DNA of 64,000 nucleotides from Promethearchaeota archaeon (lineage in GTDB: Archaea > Asgardarchaeota > Lokiarchaeia > Sigyniarchaeales > SOKP01): contig JAEOTZ010000016.1 in the NCBI GenBank assembly GCA_016839585.1, forward strand, positions 15,215 through 79,214, given 5' to 3'. Below the pieces are notes generated by a model. That model had not been told where the DNA came from. It made no database searches and saw nothing but the letters and a program-made list of their open reading frames with translations. Below, in pieces: positions 29,672 to 40,276 of the stretch; positions within the stretch are counted from its first letter, which is position 1, and every line of letters starts with the position of its first letter. A program made the position numbers and the translations under genes.

Positions 29672-30586
29672 TTAGATTATGTTTAACTTTTTTAAAACTA
29701 TATTAATTTTTTCTTGATTCTCTGGTAGTGGAGGCGTTAATGGTAATTTCATCCTTTTATTCATTATTCCCATTAATTCTGCAGCATATTTAACAGGACC
29801 AGGATTAGTCTCTATAAATAATACCTTAAAAAGATCAAATAAATCTAACTGCATATCTCTTGCATTATCCCAATTGCCATTATTCATAAATCGTGTAAAC
29901 TCTACCATCTTAGCAGGTATAATATTTGAAGCTACACTAATAACTCCTTTTCCACCTAATGCCATAATGTGATAAGTTAGACTATCATCTCCACTTAGAA
30001 CAATAAAATCATCTGGAGTTGTTTTAATTATCTTCGTTATTTGGTCTATATTTCCACTGGCACATTTTATCCCAGCTATGTTATCTTTAGAAGACGCTAA
30101 TGTAGAAACTGTTTCAGGTTCTAAATTCCTGCCAGTACGGCTAGGGACATTATATAAAATTATTGGCAATGAAACAGAATCGGCAACAGCAGAAAAGTGG
30201 TCAACTAAAGAATGTTGAACAGGCTTATTATAATAGGGTACAACTAATAATAATCCATCTGCTCCTACTTTTTCAGCATATTGTGATAAAGAAATGGCTT
30301 CTTTAGTAGAATTACTCCCTGTCCCAGCTAATATAAATGTATTTTTTTCAACCTTTTTTGCTTCATCAACTGCAATACTAATTGCTTGATGGTGTTCTTC
30401 ATGTGATAAAGTTGCACTTTCTCCAGTTGTTCCCATTGTCAAGATTTGACAATCATTTTTAATTTGAAACCTAATAAATTCTCTATACTTTTTTTCATCT
30501 ATTGTAAAATCCTCCTCGAAGGGAGTAATTAATGCTGTAATAACACCACTTAATTTTTTTAAATTAGACATAGTAAATTTTTCCAA
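29672..30586 (-). CDS. dapA: 4-hydroxy-tetrahydrodipicolinate synthase; start is probably ATG 30571
   Basis: GTTGES, PYYNKP, YNVPSRTG, GIK, SGDD. Confidence 0.95.
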   Translation of the reverse strand: MEKFTMSNLKKLSGVITALITPFEEDFTIDEKKYREFIRFQIKNDCQILTMGTTGESATLSHEEHHQAISIAVDEAKKVEKNTFILAGTGSNSTKEAISLSQYAEKVGADGLLLVVPYYNKPVQHSLVDHFSAVADSVSLPIILYNVPSRTGRNLEPETVSTLASSKDNIAGIKCASGNIDQITKIIKTTPDDFIVLSGDDSLTYHIMALGGKGVISVASNIIPAKMVEFTRFMNNGNWDNARDMQLDLFDLFKVLFIETNPGPVKYAAELMGIMNKRMKLPLTPPLPENQEKINIVLKKLNII

Positions 30587-30796
30587 TTAAATAGGTTTAA
30601 TTTTTGAATAATAAATTATGCAAACTTCTATAATCATTTTTTTTAAATAAATTAATTTAAAAGTTGTCTTTTTTAAAAAAAAAAAGCAATTTTTAACTAA
30701 TCATTTAATAAAAAATTAAATACAACTTCTATTATTGGAATTATGACGTATTTATCTTAAAATTTTTAATAAATTTGATTTTAGAGAAAAAGAACA

Positions 30797-33700
30797 TTGA
30801 ATGAAAAAAATTCTTTATCAGAAGCTTTTGAAAGCAGAGTTTTAGATTCTATTTCTGAGCACGTTATTTATTATAATAAGGATTTTGAGATTAAATGGGC
30901 AAATAGAGCCGCTGCGGATTCTGTAAATTTATCACCCTTAGAATTAATCGGTAAAAAATGTTATAGTATATGGCAAAACAGAATTTCCCCATGTGAAAAT
31001 TGTCCTGTATTAGATGCGCTTAAAACAGGTAAATCTAATTCAGTAGAAATGATTACTCCCGATGGAAGAGTCTGGCTTATTAAAGGAAATCCTGTTTATA
31101 ATAAAAATGAGAAAATTATTGGGGCAGTTGAAATTACTCGCGAAATAACAGACTTAAAAGAGGTAGAACAAAAATTAATAGCTTCTCAAGAGAATTATCG
31201 GAATTTAATCGAACGATCAAAAGATGCGATTTTTCTAGTAAATTTAAAAAATGAGATATTATTTGCTAACCAAGCTTGTTATGATATCTTTGGATATACC
31301 CCTGAAGAATTTTTAACAATTCAGGGACTTGTCAGACGTATTCTTCATCCTAAATATGAACAACAGTTTGAAGATTTTTGGAAAAATTATGAAATAACAA
31401 AATTTTTTCCAGAAAATACCACAGAATGGGCATGGATAAAAAAGGATGGAGAATTAGTGTATACAGAAAATATTTTTTTTAATATTTTAGATGAGAAAAA
31501 ACTTGTTATTGGTTTTGGAACTGTAGCTCGGAACATTACGCTGCGTAAAAAAGTTGAAAAAAAATTAAGGGAATCTGAAGAGAAATATCGTAATCTTATA
31601 AATAATATTTTGGATCAAATAATAGAAACAGATTTAGATGGAACAATAACCTTTATTAGTCCTCAAGTTTATGATCTTTTTGGTTATAAGCCAGAAGAGG
31701 TGATTGGCAGAAGAAGTATCCAATTTGTACATCCCGATGATATTAATATTATCAAAGAAGCAATGGAAAAATCAATTAAATCCGGAGAAATGATATCTTC
31801 AGAGTATAGATTAAAACATAAAAATGGGTATTATGTGAACGTAGCATCAAGAGGGAGGCTTATTAAAAGAGGTGATGATCATAAACTTATTGCAGTAATT
31901 AGAGACATCACAGCACAAAAAAGGGCAGAAAAAAAAATTAGAGATTCAGAACTACAATATAGGACTACACTTAATTCAATTGGGGATCCTTTGCATGTTG
32001 TAGATAAAAATTTGAGAATAATTTTAATAAATCCAGCAATGAAAAAATGGCTCGATGATCTAAATCTTATTAGAGATGTAAAAAATCAAAAGTTAGATGA
32101 AATTTTTACATTCTTGCCTAAAAATGTTTTTAAAGAATATGAGGAAGTATTTACAACAGGTCAGCCAATTTTAACTGAAGATGAGACAAAAATAGAAGAG
32201 AAAATATATTATACTGAAACTCGAAAGATTCCAATATTTAGAGAAGGAGAAGTCCATCAGATAATTACATTTATCCGTGATATAACTGATCGTAAGGAAG
32301 CTGATTTACTGTTAAAAGAATCTGAAGAGAAATATCGAAATATTCTCGAAAATATGATGGAAGGATATTATGAAACTGATCTTATAGGAAATCTTGTTTA
32401 TGTCAATATTGAATATTGTAAAATAATGGGATATTCAAAGGAAGAAATAATAGGAAAGAATTATCGCTTACTATATGATACAAACTCATCCGAAATTTTG
32501 TTCAATATGTTCAACCAAGTTTATAAAACAGGGATTCCTCGTCCTCCAACAGGAGTAGTTAAAGTAATAACAAAAAAGAAGAAACTAATCTATTTTGAAG
32601 GATCAGTTGATTTATTATACGATTCTAAAGGAAATAAGGTCGGATTTTATGGTCTTGTTCGGGATATTACGAAAAGGAAAATTGCCGAGCAAAAATTAAA
32701 AAAATCTGAAGAAAAATATCGTTCTTTGTTTGAAAATATGAACGCAGGATTTGCTCTTCATGAGGTCATGGTTGATGATAACAATAAACCAGTTGATTAT
32801 AGATATATTGAAGTGAATCCTGCTTTTGAAAAGCTTACAGGAATGAAAAAAGAAGATCTAATTGGAAAGACTGTAACTGAAGCAATTCCAGGAACAGAGA
32901 ATGATCCTGCGGATTGGATTGGCAAATTTGGAGGGGTGGGATTAACAGGAATTCCAATAACAGTTGAAGATTATTCAGAAGCATTTGATCGATGGTATAA
33001 AGTCTCAGGATATTCTCCTAAGAAGGGTTATTTTGCTGTGACTTTTACTGATATAACTGAGCGCAAGAAGGCAGAAGAAGCTTTAAAAGAATCAGAGGAA
33101 AAGTTCAGAACGATTGCCGAACAATCATTTATGAGTATTATTATCTTACAAGATGGCATTTTAAAATATTTTAATGAAAGATTTCCAAAAGGTAATAGAT
33201 ATTCACCCGAAGAAATAAAAAATTGGAAACCGTATGAATTTGCTAAGCTCATACATCCTGATGATAGAGATTTTGTTATGGACCAAGCTAGAAAAAAAGC
33301 GATTGGAGAAAAAGGCGTAATTGAACAATATAAGTATCGCATAATAAGGAAAGATGGAGAAATTAGATGGCTTGAAAATTTTTCAAAAACAATTAATTAT
33401 AAAGGAAGACCAGCCGATTTCATAATGTCAATAGACATTACAGAACAAATAAATGCTGAAAAGCAATTAAAAAAATCAGAAAAAAAATATCGGGAAGCTT
33501 TTAATCGATCTAATTTTTATAAGGACTTAATTGCCCACGATATAAACAACATTCTTCAAAACATCTTATCTTCTGTTGAATTGAGTTTCCTTTATTTGGA
33601 AGAAGAGAAAGATTTAAATGAATTAAAACAAATGTTGAAAATATCTAAACAACAAGTTAGTAGGGCGGCTAATTTAATCTCAAATACCCGAAAATTGTCA

Positions 33701-34204
33701 AGATTGGAAGATATAAAAATTTTCACCCAACCCATAGAAGCCATTGAAGTATTGAACAAATCAATAGAATTCCTACTTAAAAGTTACCAAGACAAAAAAA
33801 TTAAACTTGACGTTGAAAATCCTTATAAAACAATTATGGTTCAAGGAAACGAGCTTTTAATAGATGTTTTTGAAAATATTTTAATCAATGCTGTAAAACA
33901 TAATCAGAATTCGCCCATTGATATAATGATTAAGGTTTCAAGCATTCAAAAGGAAGGATTAGACTTTTTTAAATTTGAATTTAAAGATAACGCAATTGGT
34001 ATTCCTGAGGTCAATAAAGAGTTGATTTTTCAGAGAGTGATCAATACAGAAAAGACTGTTAGTGGAATGGGGATTGGGTTATCGCTTGTGAAAAAGATAT
34101 TAGATATTTATGAGGGTCAAATATGGGTTGAGGATAAAGTTCAGGGAGACTATTCAAGGGGAAGTAATTTTATTGTATTGATTCCTGAGGTGAAAACAAA
34201 CTAG
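30797..34204 (+). CDS. Cytoplasmic sensor histidine kinase with seven PAS domains
   Basis: Repeated ESEEKYR...DIT PAS units, H-box AHDINN, N-box NAVKH, GMGIGL. Confidence 0.92.
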   Translation: MNEKNSLSEAFESRVLDSISEHVIYYNKDFEIKWANRAAADSVNLSPLELIGKKCYSIWQNRISPCENCPVLDALKTGKSNSVEMITPDGRVWLIKGNPVYNKNEKIIGAVEITREITDLKEVEQKLIASQENYRNLIERSKDAIFLVNLKNEILFANQACYDIFGYTPEEFLTIQGLVRRILHPKYEQQFEDFWKNYEITKFFPENTTEWAWIKKDGELVYTENIFFNILDEKKLVIGFGTVARNITLRKKVEKKLRESEEKYRNLINNILDQIIETDLDGTITFISPQVYDLFGYKPEEVIGRRSIQFVHPDDINIIKEAMEKSIKSGEMISSEYRLKHKNGYYVNVASRGRLIKRGDDHKLIAVIRDITAQKRAEKKIRDSELQYRTTLNSIGDPLHVVDKNLRIILINPAMKKWLDDLNLIRDVKNQKLDEIFTFLPKNVFKEYEEVFTTGQPILTEDETKIEEKIYYTETRKIPIFREGEVHQIITFIRDITDRKEADLLLKESEEKYRNILENMMEGYYETDLIGNLVYVNIEYCKIMGYSKEEIIGKNYRLLYDTNSSEILFNMFNQVYKTGIPRPPTGVVKVITKKKKLIYFEGSVDLLYDSKGNKVGFYGLVRDITKRKIAEQKLKKSEEKYRSLFENMNAGFALHEVMVDDNNKPVDYRYIEVNPAFEKLTGMKKEDLIGKTVTEAIPGTENDPADWIGKFGGVGLTGIPITVEDYSEAFDRWYKVSGYSPKKGYFAVTFTDITERKKAEEALKESEEKFRTIAEQSFMSIIILQDGILKYFNERFPKGNRYSPEEIKNWKPYEFAKLIHPDDRDFVMDQARKKAIGEKGVIEQYKYRIIRKDGEIRWLENFSKTINYKGRPADFIMSIDITEQINAEKQLKKSEKKYREAFNRSNFYKDLIAHDINNILQNILSSVELSFLYLEEEKDLNELKQMLKISKQQVSRAANLISNTRKLSRLEDIKIFTQPIEAIEVLNKSIEFLLKSYQDKKIKLDVENPYKTIMVQGNELLIDVFENILINAVKHNQNSPIDIMIKVSSIQKEGLDFFKFEFKDNAIGIPEVNKELIFQRVINTEKTVSGMGIGLSLVKKILDIYEGQIWVEDKVQGDYSRGSNFIVLIPEVKTN

Positions 34205-34405
34205 CCTTAGTTTTTATTGTTGAATAGGAATAGAATACTAATTTTTATGATTCGTATATAAGCCCTATTGATAATGTTAAGAATAATAATTAAAAAGTTT
34301 TTCTCCTTTTCATTTTTAAAAAAGATTAAATAAAAATTCTATTATAAAATTTTCAAAAGACTTGAATGAACATTTTTTTAAATTAACAATTTCCTCTGAT
34401 ATAAT

Positions 34406-36706
34406 GTGAATGAAGAAATAAAAGCTCCTGAAGCAAAATTTAAGGCTATAATTAATAATATCAAGGAAGGGTATTTTGAAGTAGACCTTGAAGGCAATCT
34501 AACTTTTTTCAATGATACATTATGTGAGCTTACTAGATTCTCAAGAAGTGAATTATTAGGATTAAATTATAAATATATAACCGATGAAGAAAGTAGAAAA
34601 AAGATATTTAACGGATTCAATTCTGTTTATAAAACTGGTAAAGAATTAGCTGATTTTCAATATAAATTTAAAGATAAACATGGGAAGACTATTATAGGTG
34701 AAACTTCAGTATATTTAAAATATGATACAAAGGGAAATAAAGTTGGATTTTATGGTCTATTTCGAGATATTACTAAAAGAAAGGAAGAAGAGGAAAAATT
34801 TAAAGCAAAATTAGAAAGATTAGTAGATAAAAGGGCAAAGGAATTAAAAGAATCAGAAGAAAAATACCGACTTATTACTGAAAATGCTAATGATATAATA
34901 GATATATTAAATAGAAATTTTATTATTGAATTTGCAAATGAACAAGCTACCTTTAACATATTAGGTTATAAATCTTCTGAAGTTGTTGGAAAAAGTGTAT
35001 TAGATTTTCTACATCCTTTGGATAAGAATAAAGGATTAAATTCACTTTTAAAAGGAACACATGAAAAAGAAGGGATGGATGAAATAAGAGTAAGACACAA
35101 AAATGGAACTTATATTTGGCTAGAGGTTAAAGGCAAAGTTTTTGTTGATAGAAATGGTGAAAATAAAGGAATTTTGATAGGTCGAGATATTACTTCACGT
35201 AAGGAAGGGGAGTTAAAATTAAAAGAATCGGAAGAAAAATTTAGAACATTAACAGAACAATCTTTTCTTGGCATTGCTATTATCCAGGATAATTTAACTA
35301 AATATGTAAATAAGCGAATTTCAGAAACATTCGGATATTCAATAGATGAAGTAATGACTTGGCAACCGGGAGAATTCATAAAGAGAATTCATCCTGATGA
35401 TAGAAATTTTGTTGTTGAACAAGTTAGAAAAAAGCAATTAGGTGAGCCAAATGCAATTGATCAATACCAGTTCAGAGGGCTTAAAAAGAATGGAGATATA
35501 ATCTGGTTAGAAGTATTCTCAATAACAATTAATTATGAAGGAAAACCTGCAGACTTTGTTACTCTTATCGATATAACAGAAAAAAAAGAAGCTGAAGCAA
35601 AATTAAAAGAATCCGAACAACAGTACCGTTCAACAATTGATTCAATAAGAGATCCAATTCATGTTATTGATAAAGATTTAAAAATTATTCTTATTAATAA
35701 TTCAATTAGAAAATGGCTTAAGATTTTAGATATTAAAGAGGATATAATAGGTAAAAAATTAAATGAAGTATTTACATTTTTGTCTAAGAAAGTCTTTAAT
35801 GAATATATACAAGTTTTTACTACTGGAAAACCACTCATTTCAGAAGAGACCAGCGTAATTAAGGATGAAATTTATTATACTGAATCAATAAAGATTCCAA
35901 TATTTAGTGAAGATTTAGTTATTCAGGTAATTACTATTATCCGTGATATAAGTGATCATAAGCTTGCTCAGCAGAAATTAAAAAGATCTAAAAGAAAATA
36001 TCGTGAAGCTTTTAATAGATCTAACTTTTATAAGGACTTAATTTCCCATGATATAAACAATATTCTTCAAAATATATTATCTTCCATTGAATTAAGTTCC
36101 ATTTATTTAAATGAGGGAAAAGACACAAATGAATTAAAACAGTTACTGAAAATTTCTAGAGAACAAGTAAGTAGAGGAGCAAATTTAATTTCAAATGTTC
36201 GAAAATTATCAAGCTTGGAAGAAACAGAAATTTCTACTCATCCTATAGAAGCTATTGAAGTATTGAATCAATCAATAGATTTTTTATTGAACAATTATCA
36301 AGATAAAAAAATAAATATAGATATTGAAAATCCTTATAAAACAGTCACAGTTCAAGGAAATGAGCTTTTAATTGAAATATTTGAAAATATTTTAATTAAT
36401 GCCGTAAAACATAATCAAAATTTCCCCATCGAATTAAAGATTAGAGTTTCAAAGATCCAAAAGGATAATTATAATTTTGTAAAATTTGAATTTAAAGATA
36501 ATGGAATCGGTATATCTGATCCTGATAAAGAGATTATATTTCAGAGAGCCTATAGTATAGACAAAACTATTAGCGGAATGGGAATAGGATTATCGCTTGT
36601 AAAGAAAGTTTTAAATACATATCAAGGTCAGATTTGGGTTGATGATCGAATAGAAGGAGACTACTCAAAAGGAAGTAATTTTGTTATATTAATTCCAGAG
36701 GTGTAA
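34406..36706 (+). CDS. Cytoplasmic sensor histidine kinase with four PAS domains (paralog)
   Basis: PAS repeats, SHDINN, NAVKH, DNGIG, GMGIGL. Confidence 0.92.
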   Translation: MNEEIKAPEAKFKAIINNIKEGYFEVDLEGNLTFFNDTLCELTRFSRSELLGLNYKYITDEESRKKIFNGFNSVYKTGKELADFQYKFKDKHGKTIIGETSVYLKYDTKGNKVGFYGLFRDITKRKEEEEKFKAKLERLVDKRAKELKESEEKYRLITENANDIIDILNRNFIIEFANEQATFNILGYKSSEVVGKSVLDFLHPLDKNKGLNSLLKGTHEKEGMDEIRVRHKNGTYIWLEVKGKVFVDRNGENKGILIGRDITSRKEGELKLKESEEKFRTLTEQSFLGIAIIQDNLTKYVNKRISETFGYSIDEVMTWQPGEFIKRIHPDDRNFVVEQVRKKQLGEPNAIDQYQFRGLKKNGDIIWLEVFSITINYEGKPADFVTLIDITEKKEAEAKLKESEQQYRSTIDSIRDPIHVIDKDLKIILINNSIRKWLKILDIKEDIIGKKLNEVFTFLSKKVFNEYIQVFTTGKPLISEETSVIKDEIYYTESIKIPIFSEDLVIQVITIIRDISDHKLAQQKLKRSKRKYREAFNRSNFYKDLISHDINNILQNILSSIELSSIYLNEGKDTNELKQLLKISREQVSRGANLISNVRKLSSLEETEISTHPIEAIEVLNQSIDFLLNNYQDKKINIDIENPYKTVTVQGNELLIEIFENILINAVKHNQNFPIELKIRVSKIQKDNYNFVKFEFKDNGIGISDPDKEIIFQRAYSIDKTISGMGIGLSLVKKVLNTYQGQIWVDDRIEGDYSKGSNFVILIPEV

Positions 36707-36711
36707 ATAAA

Positions 36712-37080
36712 ATAGCTTCGGTTTTCATTGTTGAGGATGATCAATCACTTAGATTGCTGTTTAGAAAAGTTTTAGGAATATCAGGATTTGATGTGATAGG
36801 GGAAGCAAAAAATGGAGAAGAAGCTGTTTCTTTGTATACTTCCTTCCCAAAAAAACCAGATATAATTTTGATGGATCATAGAATGCCAATAAAAAATGGA
36901 ATTGAAGCAACAAAACAAATCTTAAATATTAATAAAAAATCAAAAATTATTTTCACGAGTGCTGATAATAGTATCAAACAAGAAGCCCTTTCTATTGGTG
37001 CAAAAAGTTTTTTAGACAAACCTTTTAGTATTACAGATTTGATTGATATAATTAAGAAGGTTTCAATAAATTTGGAATAA
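36712..37080 (+). CDS. Stand-alone response regulator receiver; start extended to ATA 36712
   Basis: In-frame ASVFIVEDD upstream of the track start; ILMDHRMP, FTSA, KPF; GAGGTG SD 8 nt before the ATA. Confidence 0.9.
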   Translation: MASVFIVEDDQSLRLLFRKVLGISGFDVIGEAKNGEEAVSLYTSFPKKPDIILMDHRMPIKNGIEATKQILNINKKSKIIFTSADNSIKQEALSIGAKSFLDKPFSITDLIDIIKKVSINLE

Positions 37081-37121
37081 AGTTATAAAGATTAAAAATT
37101 ATTGAATCCTTTTAAAAGGTA

Positions 37122-38123
37122 ATGCCTATAGATTATCTAGACAAATTTAAAGGATCTCTAATTGGAGTTGCTATAGGAGATACTCTCGGACATCCTTTTG
37201 AAGGAATGTTGAGAGATGCTATAAGATCTAATTTTACCAATTTTAAAGATTTTATAAATGATAATAGGAGATTATTTAATAAATTTACAGATGATACGCA
37301 ATTAACGCTACATACTGCACAAGCTTTGATTCAAGGGAGAGGATTTAATCTCAACAATTTTGTAGAGGAATATATTAAATGGCTTGACGATCCTCCAATT
37401 GGAGCTGGTTATGGATGTATTACTGCCGCAAAGAAATTAAAATACGGTATACCATGGAAAGAAGCTGCGTCGAATTCCGGTGGAAATGGAACTACTATGA
37501 GAATTGCACCAATTGGATTGTTTTTTCATAAAGATATAAAAGTATTAAAATCATCAGCAATCACATCAAGTATTATCACTCATGCTCACCCAGCAGCTTC
37601 TGCTGGAGCGGTTGTAATAGCAAGCGCTATTGCATATTTAATTAATAAGGAACCAGAATCTGGTTTCTCAATAGATGAATTTTTTGATGTGATTACATCT
37701 TCTATTTCTAACTCTCAAGATGAGATTTGGGAAGAATTTTGTGAAATTTTAGTAAAATTGCAATCAAGCCTAGATATGCCAATTGAAGCGGGATTAATAA
37801 AGTTTTCTCAAGCAGGAGTTAAATCTCCCTACTTTATTGAACAATTCTTAGGGAAAGCTTTTGTTCATCCTTATACTATAAGTACCGTTGTTTGTGCGAT
37901 TTTTGTTTTCTTAAAAAATCTAAATTCATTTAAGGATTGTATTTTTGAGTTAGCTACTGCTGGAGGAGATAGCGATACAGTTGGTGCAATAGGAGGAGGT
38001 TTAGCAGGTGTTTATTCTGGTATGAAGAATATTCCAGATGATCTAATCAAAATGGTAAAGAATTATAAAAAAATTCTAAAAATTAGTGAAAAATTATTTG
38101 AAATATTTAAAGAGAGGTATTAA
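37122..38123 (+). CDS. ADP-ribosylglycohydrolase (DraG/ARH family)
   Basis: GDTLG, FTDDTQ, GNGTTMR, GGDSDT. Confidence 0.92.
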   Translation: MPIDYLDKFKGSLIGVAIGDTLGHPFEGMLRDAIRSNFTNFKDFINDNRRLFNKFTDDTQLTLHTAQALIQGRGFNLNNFVEEYIKWLDDPPIGAGYGCITAAKKLKYGIPWKEAASNSGGNGTTMRIAPIGLFFHKDIKVLKSSAITSSIITHAHPAASAGAVVIASAIAYLINKEPESGFSIDEFFDVITSSISNSQDEIWEEFCEILVKLQSSLDMPIEAGLIKFSQAGVKSPYFIEQFLGKAFVHPYTISTVVCAIFVFLKNLNSFKDCIFELATAGGDSDTVGAIGGGLAGVYSGMKNIPDDLIKMVKNYKKILKISEKLFEIFKERY

Positions 38124-38128
38124 ATAAA

Positions 38129-38707
38129 TCATTTCAGTTTTTTAACAAATTTTAATAATCTTTTTGAGCAAATATCGCAAAATTGAGAAGGTTTTTCATC
38201 AGTATCTGCCAAAGAATTTGAAAATTGCATTATACAAAAATTATTACAGTGTTCTAAGCCGAATGTATGCCCTAGTTCGTGAATTGCTTCTTTTAAAACT
38301 CTTAATTCGAATAAAGAGTTGTCATCAGACCTCCTGTAGAAACTTTCTCTGAGACGTGTAATTGAAATTATGGCAACACTAGATACTTTCAAATCTACTC
38401 TAAATGGTTTTAAAGCAATTCCAAATACAAAATTTAAGAATCCTGAATAAATGTCTTTATCCATTACTCCTAATACACGAAAGTATTGCTTTTCTTTTAC
38501 ATAATTTTTTATTTTTCTCAATACTAATGAGGCATCATATTGATGCCTAATTTGGTTGTACGACGAATCCTCCAATGGAATCTCTTCCTCGATTATCTTT
38601 ATAGATAATGAAAATTCTTTAAATGCCCATTGAAGATTTTTTTTTAATTTTAATATAATAGCAAGATCTAATTCTCCTATTCTTTGAAGATGAACTATGT
38701 TTTTCAA
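38129..38707 (-). CDS. amzA: Archaemetzincin Zn-metalloprotease
   Basis: HELGHTFGLEHC..C.M..S...D.K...FC..C. Confidence 0.9.
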   Translation of the reverse strand: MKNIVHLQRIGELDLAIILKLKKNLQWAFKEFSLSIKIIEEEIPLEDSSYNQIRHQYDASLVLRKIKNYVKEKQYFRVLGVMDKDIYSGFLNFVFGIALKPFRVDLKVSSVAIISITRLRESFYRRSDDNSLFELRVLKEAIHELGHTFGLEHCNNFCIMQFSNSLADTDEKPSQFCDICSKRLLKFVKKLK

Positions 38708-38821
38708 GTTAGTACCTTTCTTTTTATATTATTTCTATTAATCAAGAATATCTTTTGAATATTAAATAGAGAACATTACTTCTTAATTCTTATTGAAAAA
38801 AAGAAAACTTGAAAAAAAATA

Positions 38822-39713
38822 TTAATGTTTTTGTTTTTGTTCTTCTTCATATAATTTTTTAATATAGGCTCGTAATCTCTCAAAACTTTCATCTTCTCCC
38901 ATGTTAACAGAACAAGATTCACAGTATTCAGAATTATTATTTATTTTTTTTCCACAAACCTTACAAAATGATTTTAAATCTTCCATTACATATTCCTCCT
39001 GTTTTTTATCATCCTTATTTTTTAACCTATAAAATTTACTCTCTAAAATTTTTTTATTATTTTCACTAATTTCCTCATCCGTTAACCAACTTCTCTCTAT
39101 ATTAGGTGTTCTTAATAAGAAAGGTTTTTCAATTGAATTTACCCTAATAATGCATTGCCCTTGCTGTAGCATTGAAAGATATTCTTTTTGCCTTTCTTCA
39201 AGATTTAATAATTCTTGCTTTCTACTATATCTTTAAAGATTTTATCCATCCTTTTTTTATAAGAACAATTTTCAAATTCTCGTAAAGTATCAACAATTTC
39301 ACGCCCTATGTTCCCTATGCTCCGATTTATTTCATTAATTACACGAATTAATTCCCTCTGTTTATCATTATAATACAAATCCCTAGCTTGATATTCCCAA
39401 TGCCTTTTTTTAATATAATCTCCCGCTTCTCTCTCTCTCTCATTTCAGAAAATATTTTTGCCATCTGTTCTTTCATGATAAAATCAGCATCATCACTGTT
39501 AGTAGTATTTGGCTTTTCTAAAATAGCGTGGACCTCATCAATGACAATGAGATATTTTAATTCTTCAGCTTCACTATCTTTGGTTAAAGTTCGTACAAGT
39601 TGAAATATGGCATTTACAATTAACATCTTAATGAATTTATTACACATGGACAAATCAAGGAGAATATTTCTTCCATCTAACCAACTTGTAACCCAATCTG
39701 GCAACACTTCCAT
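38822..39713 (-). pseudogene. Fragmented HerA/VirB4-like ATPase C-terminal part, interrupted by unrelated sequence
   Basis: Fragment 39348-39713 has LLDLS...IVIDEVH (Walker B). A fragment from about 39220 to 38822 has LLNLEERQKEYLSMLQQGQCIIR...PFL plus a CxxC-x10-CxxC tail. Walker A and the intervening motif are missing. Confidence 0.65.
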
Positions 39714-39718
39714 TAATT

Positions 39719-40051
39719 TTAGAACCTTTTGGATCTTTTGTTCATCAAAATACCAGAATACCAGTATTCTGCAATTTTATCATTCGAAAAAATTTCACTC
39801 AATCCCCCTTTATTATATAGGTTTTTAATTTCTTTTTCATAATCTTCTTGACCGTATTCTTCGGAAGTAAATTCAATATGATAGAAAATAGGGCAATCAT
39901 GATGAAATACCTTGCATGTAAAATCATTTAATTCTTCTCTTATTGGAAATTCTTCCACTAATTTGCCATAAGGACACCAACCAAACCGATGGCATGGTTT
40001 TTTTGCGTTCTTATCAATAATTTCTGAAGTATTTAACCATTCACTAACCAT
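39719..40051 (-). CDS. Hypothetical Cys/His-rich protein
   Basis: PCHRFGWCPYG...CKVFHHDCP; GAAGTGA SD upstream. Confidence 0.6.
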   Translation of the reverse strand: MVSEWLNTSEIIDKNAKKPCHRFGWCPYGKLVEEFPIREELNDFTCKVFHHDCPIFYHIEFTSEEYGQEDYEKEIKNLYNKGGLSEIFSNDKIAEYWYSGILMNKRSKRF

Positions 40052-40276
40052 TTAATTCACTTCTTTGGTTTAATTATTATTTTATAATATATTTATACAA
40101 TTATTTATAAACAAAAAATAAAAACATCAATTATTAACGGAAAAACTTTTTTAGAGTATTAATTTTATTTATCTATACCATTTTATAAATACAATAGCTC
40201 AATTAATTTTTAATTTGTCTCATTAGTAAGAGAGGAATTAGAAATTATCTTTAAGAAGGAACGCCCATTCCTTAAA

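Noticed and set aside
31150-36010. Recurring ~25-nt repeats resembling a CRISPR or tandem array
   Set aside because: They are coding PAS-linker sequences (LKESEEKYR), degenerate and about 350-400 bp apart; no cas genes are present.
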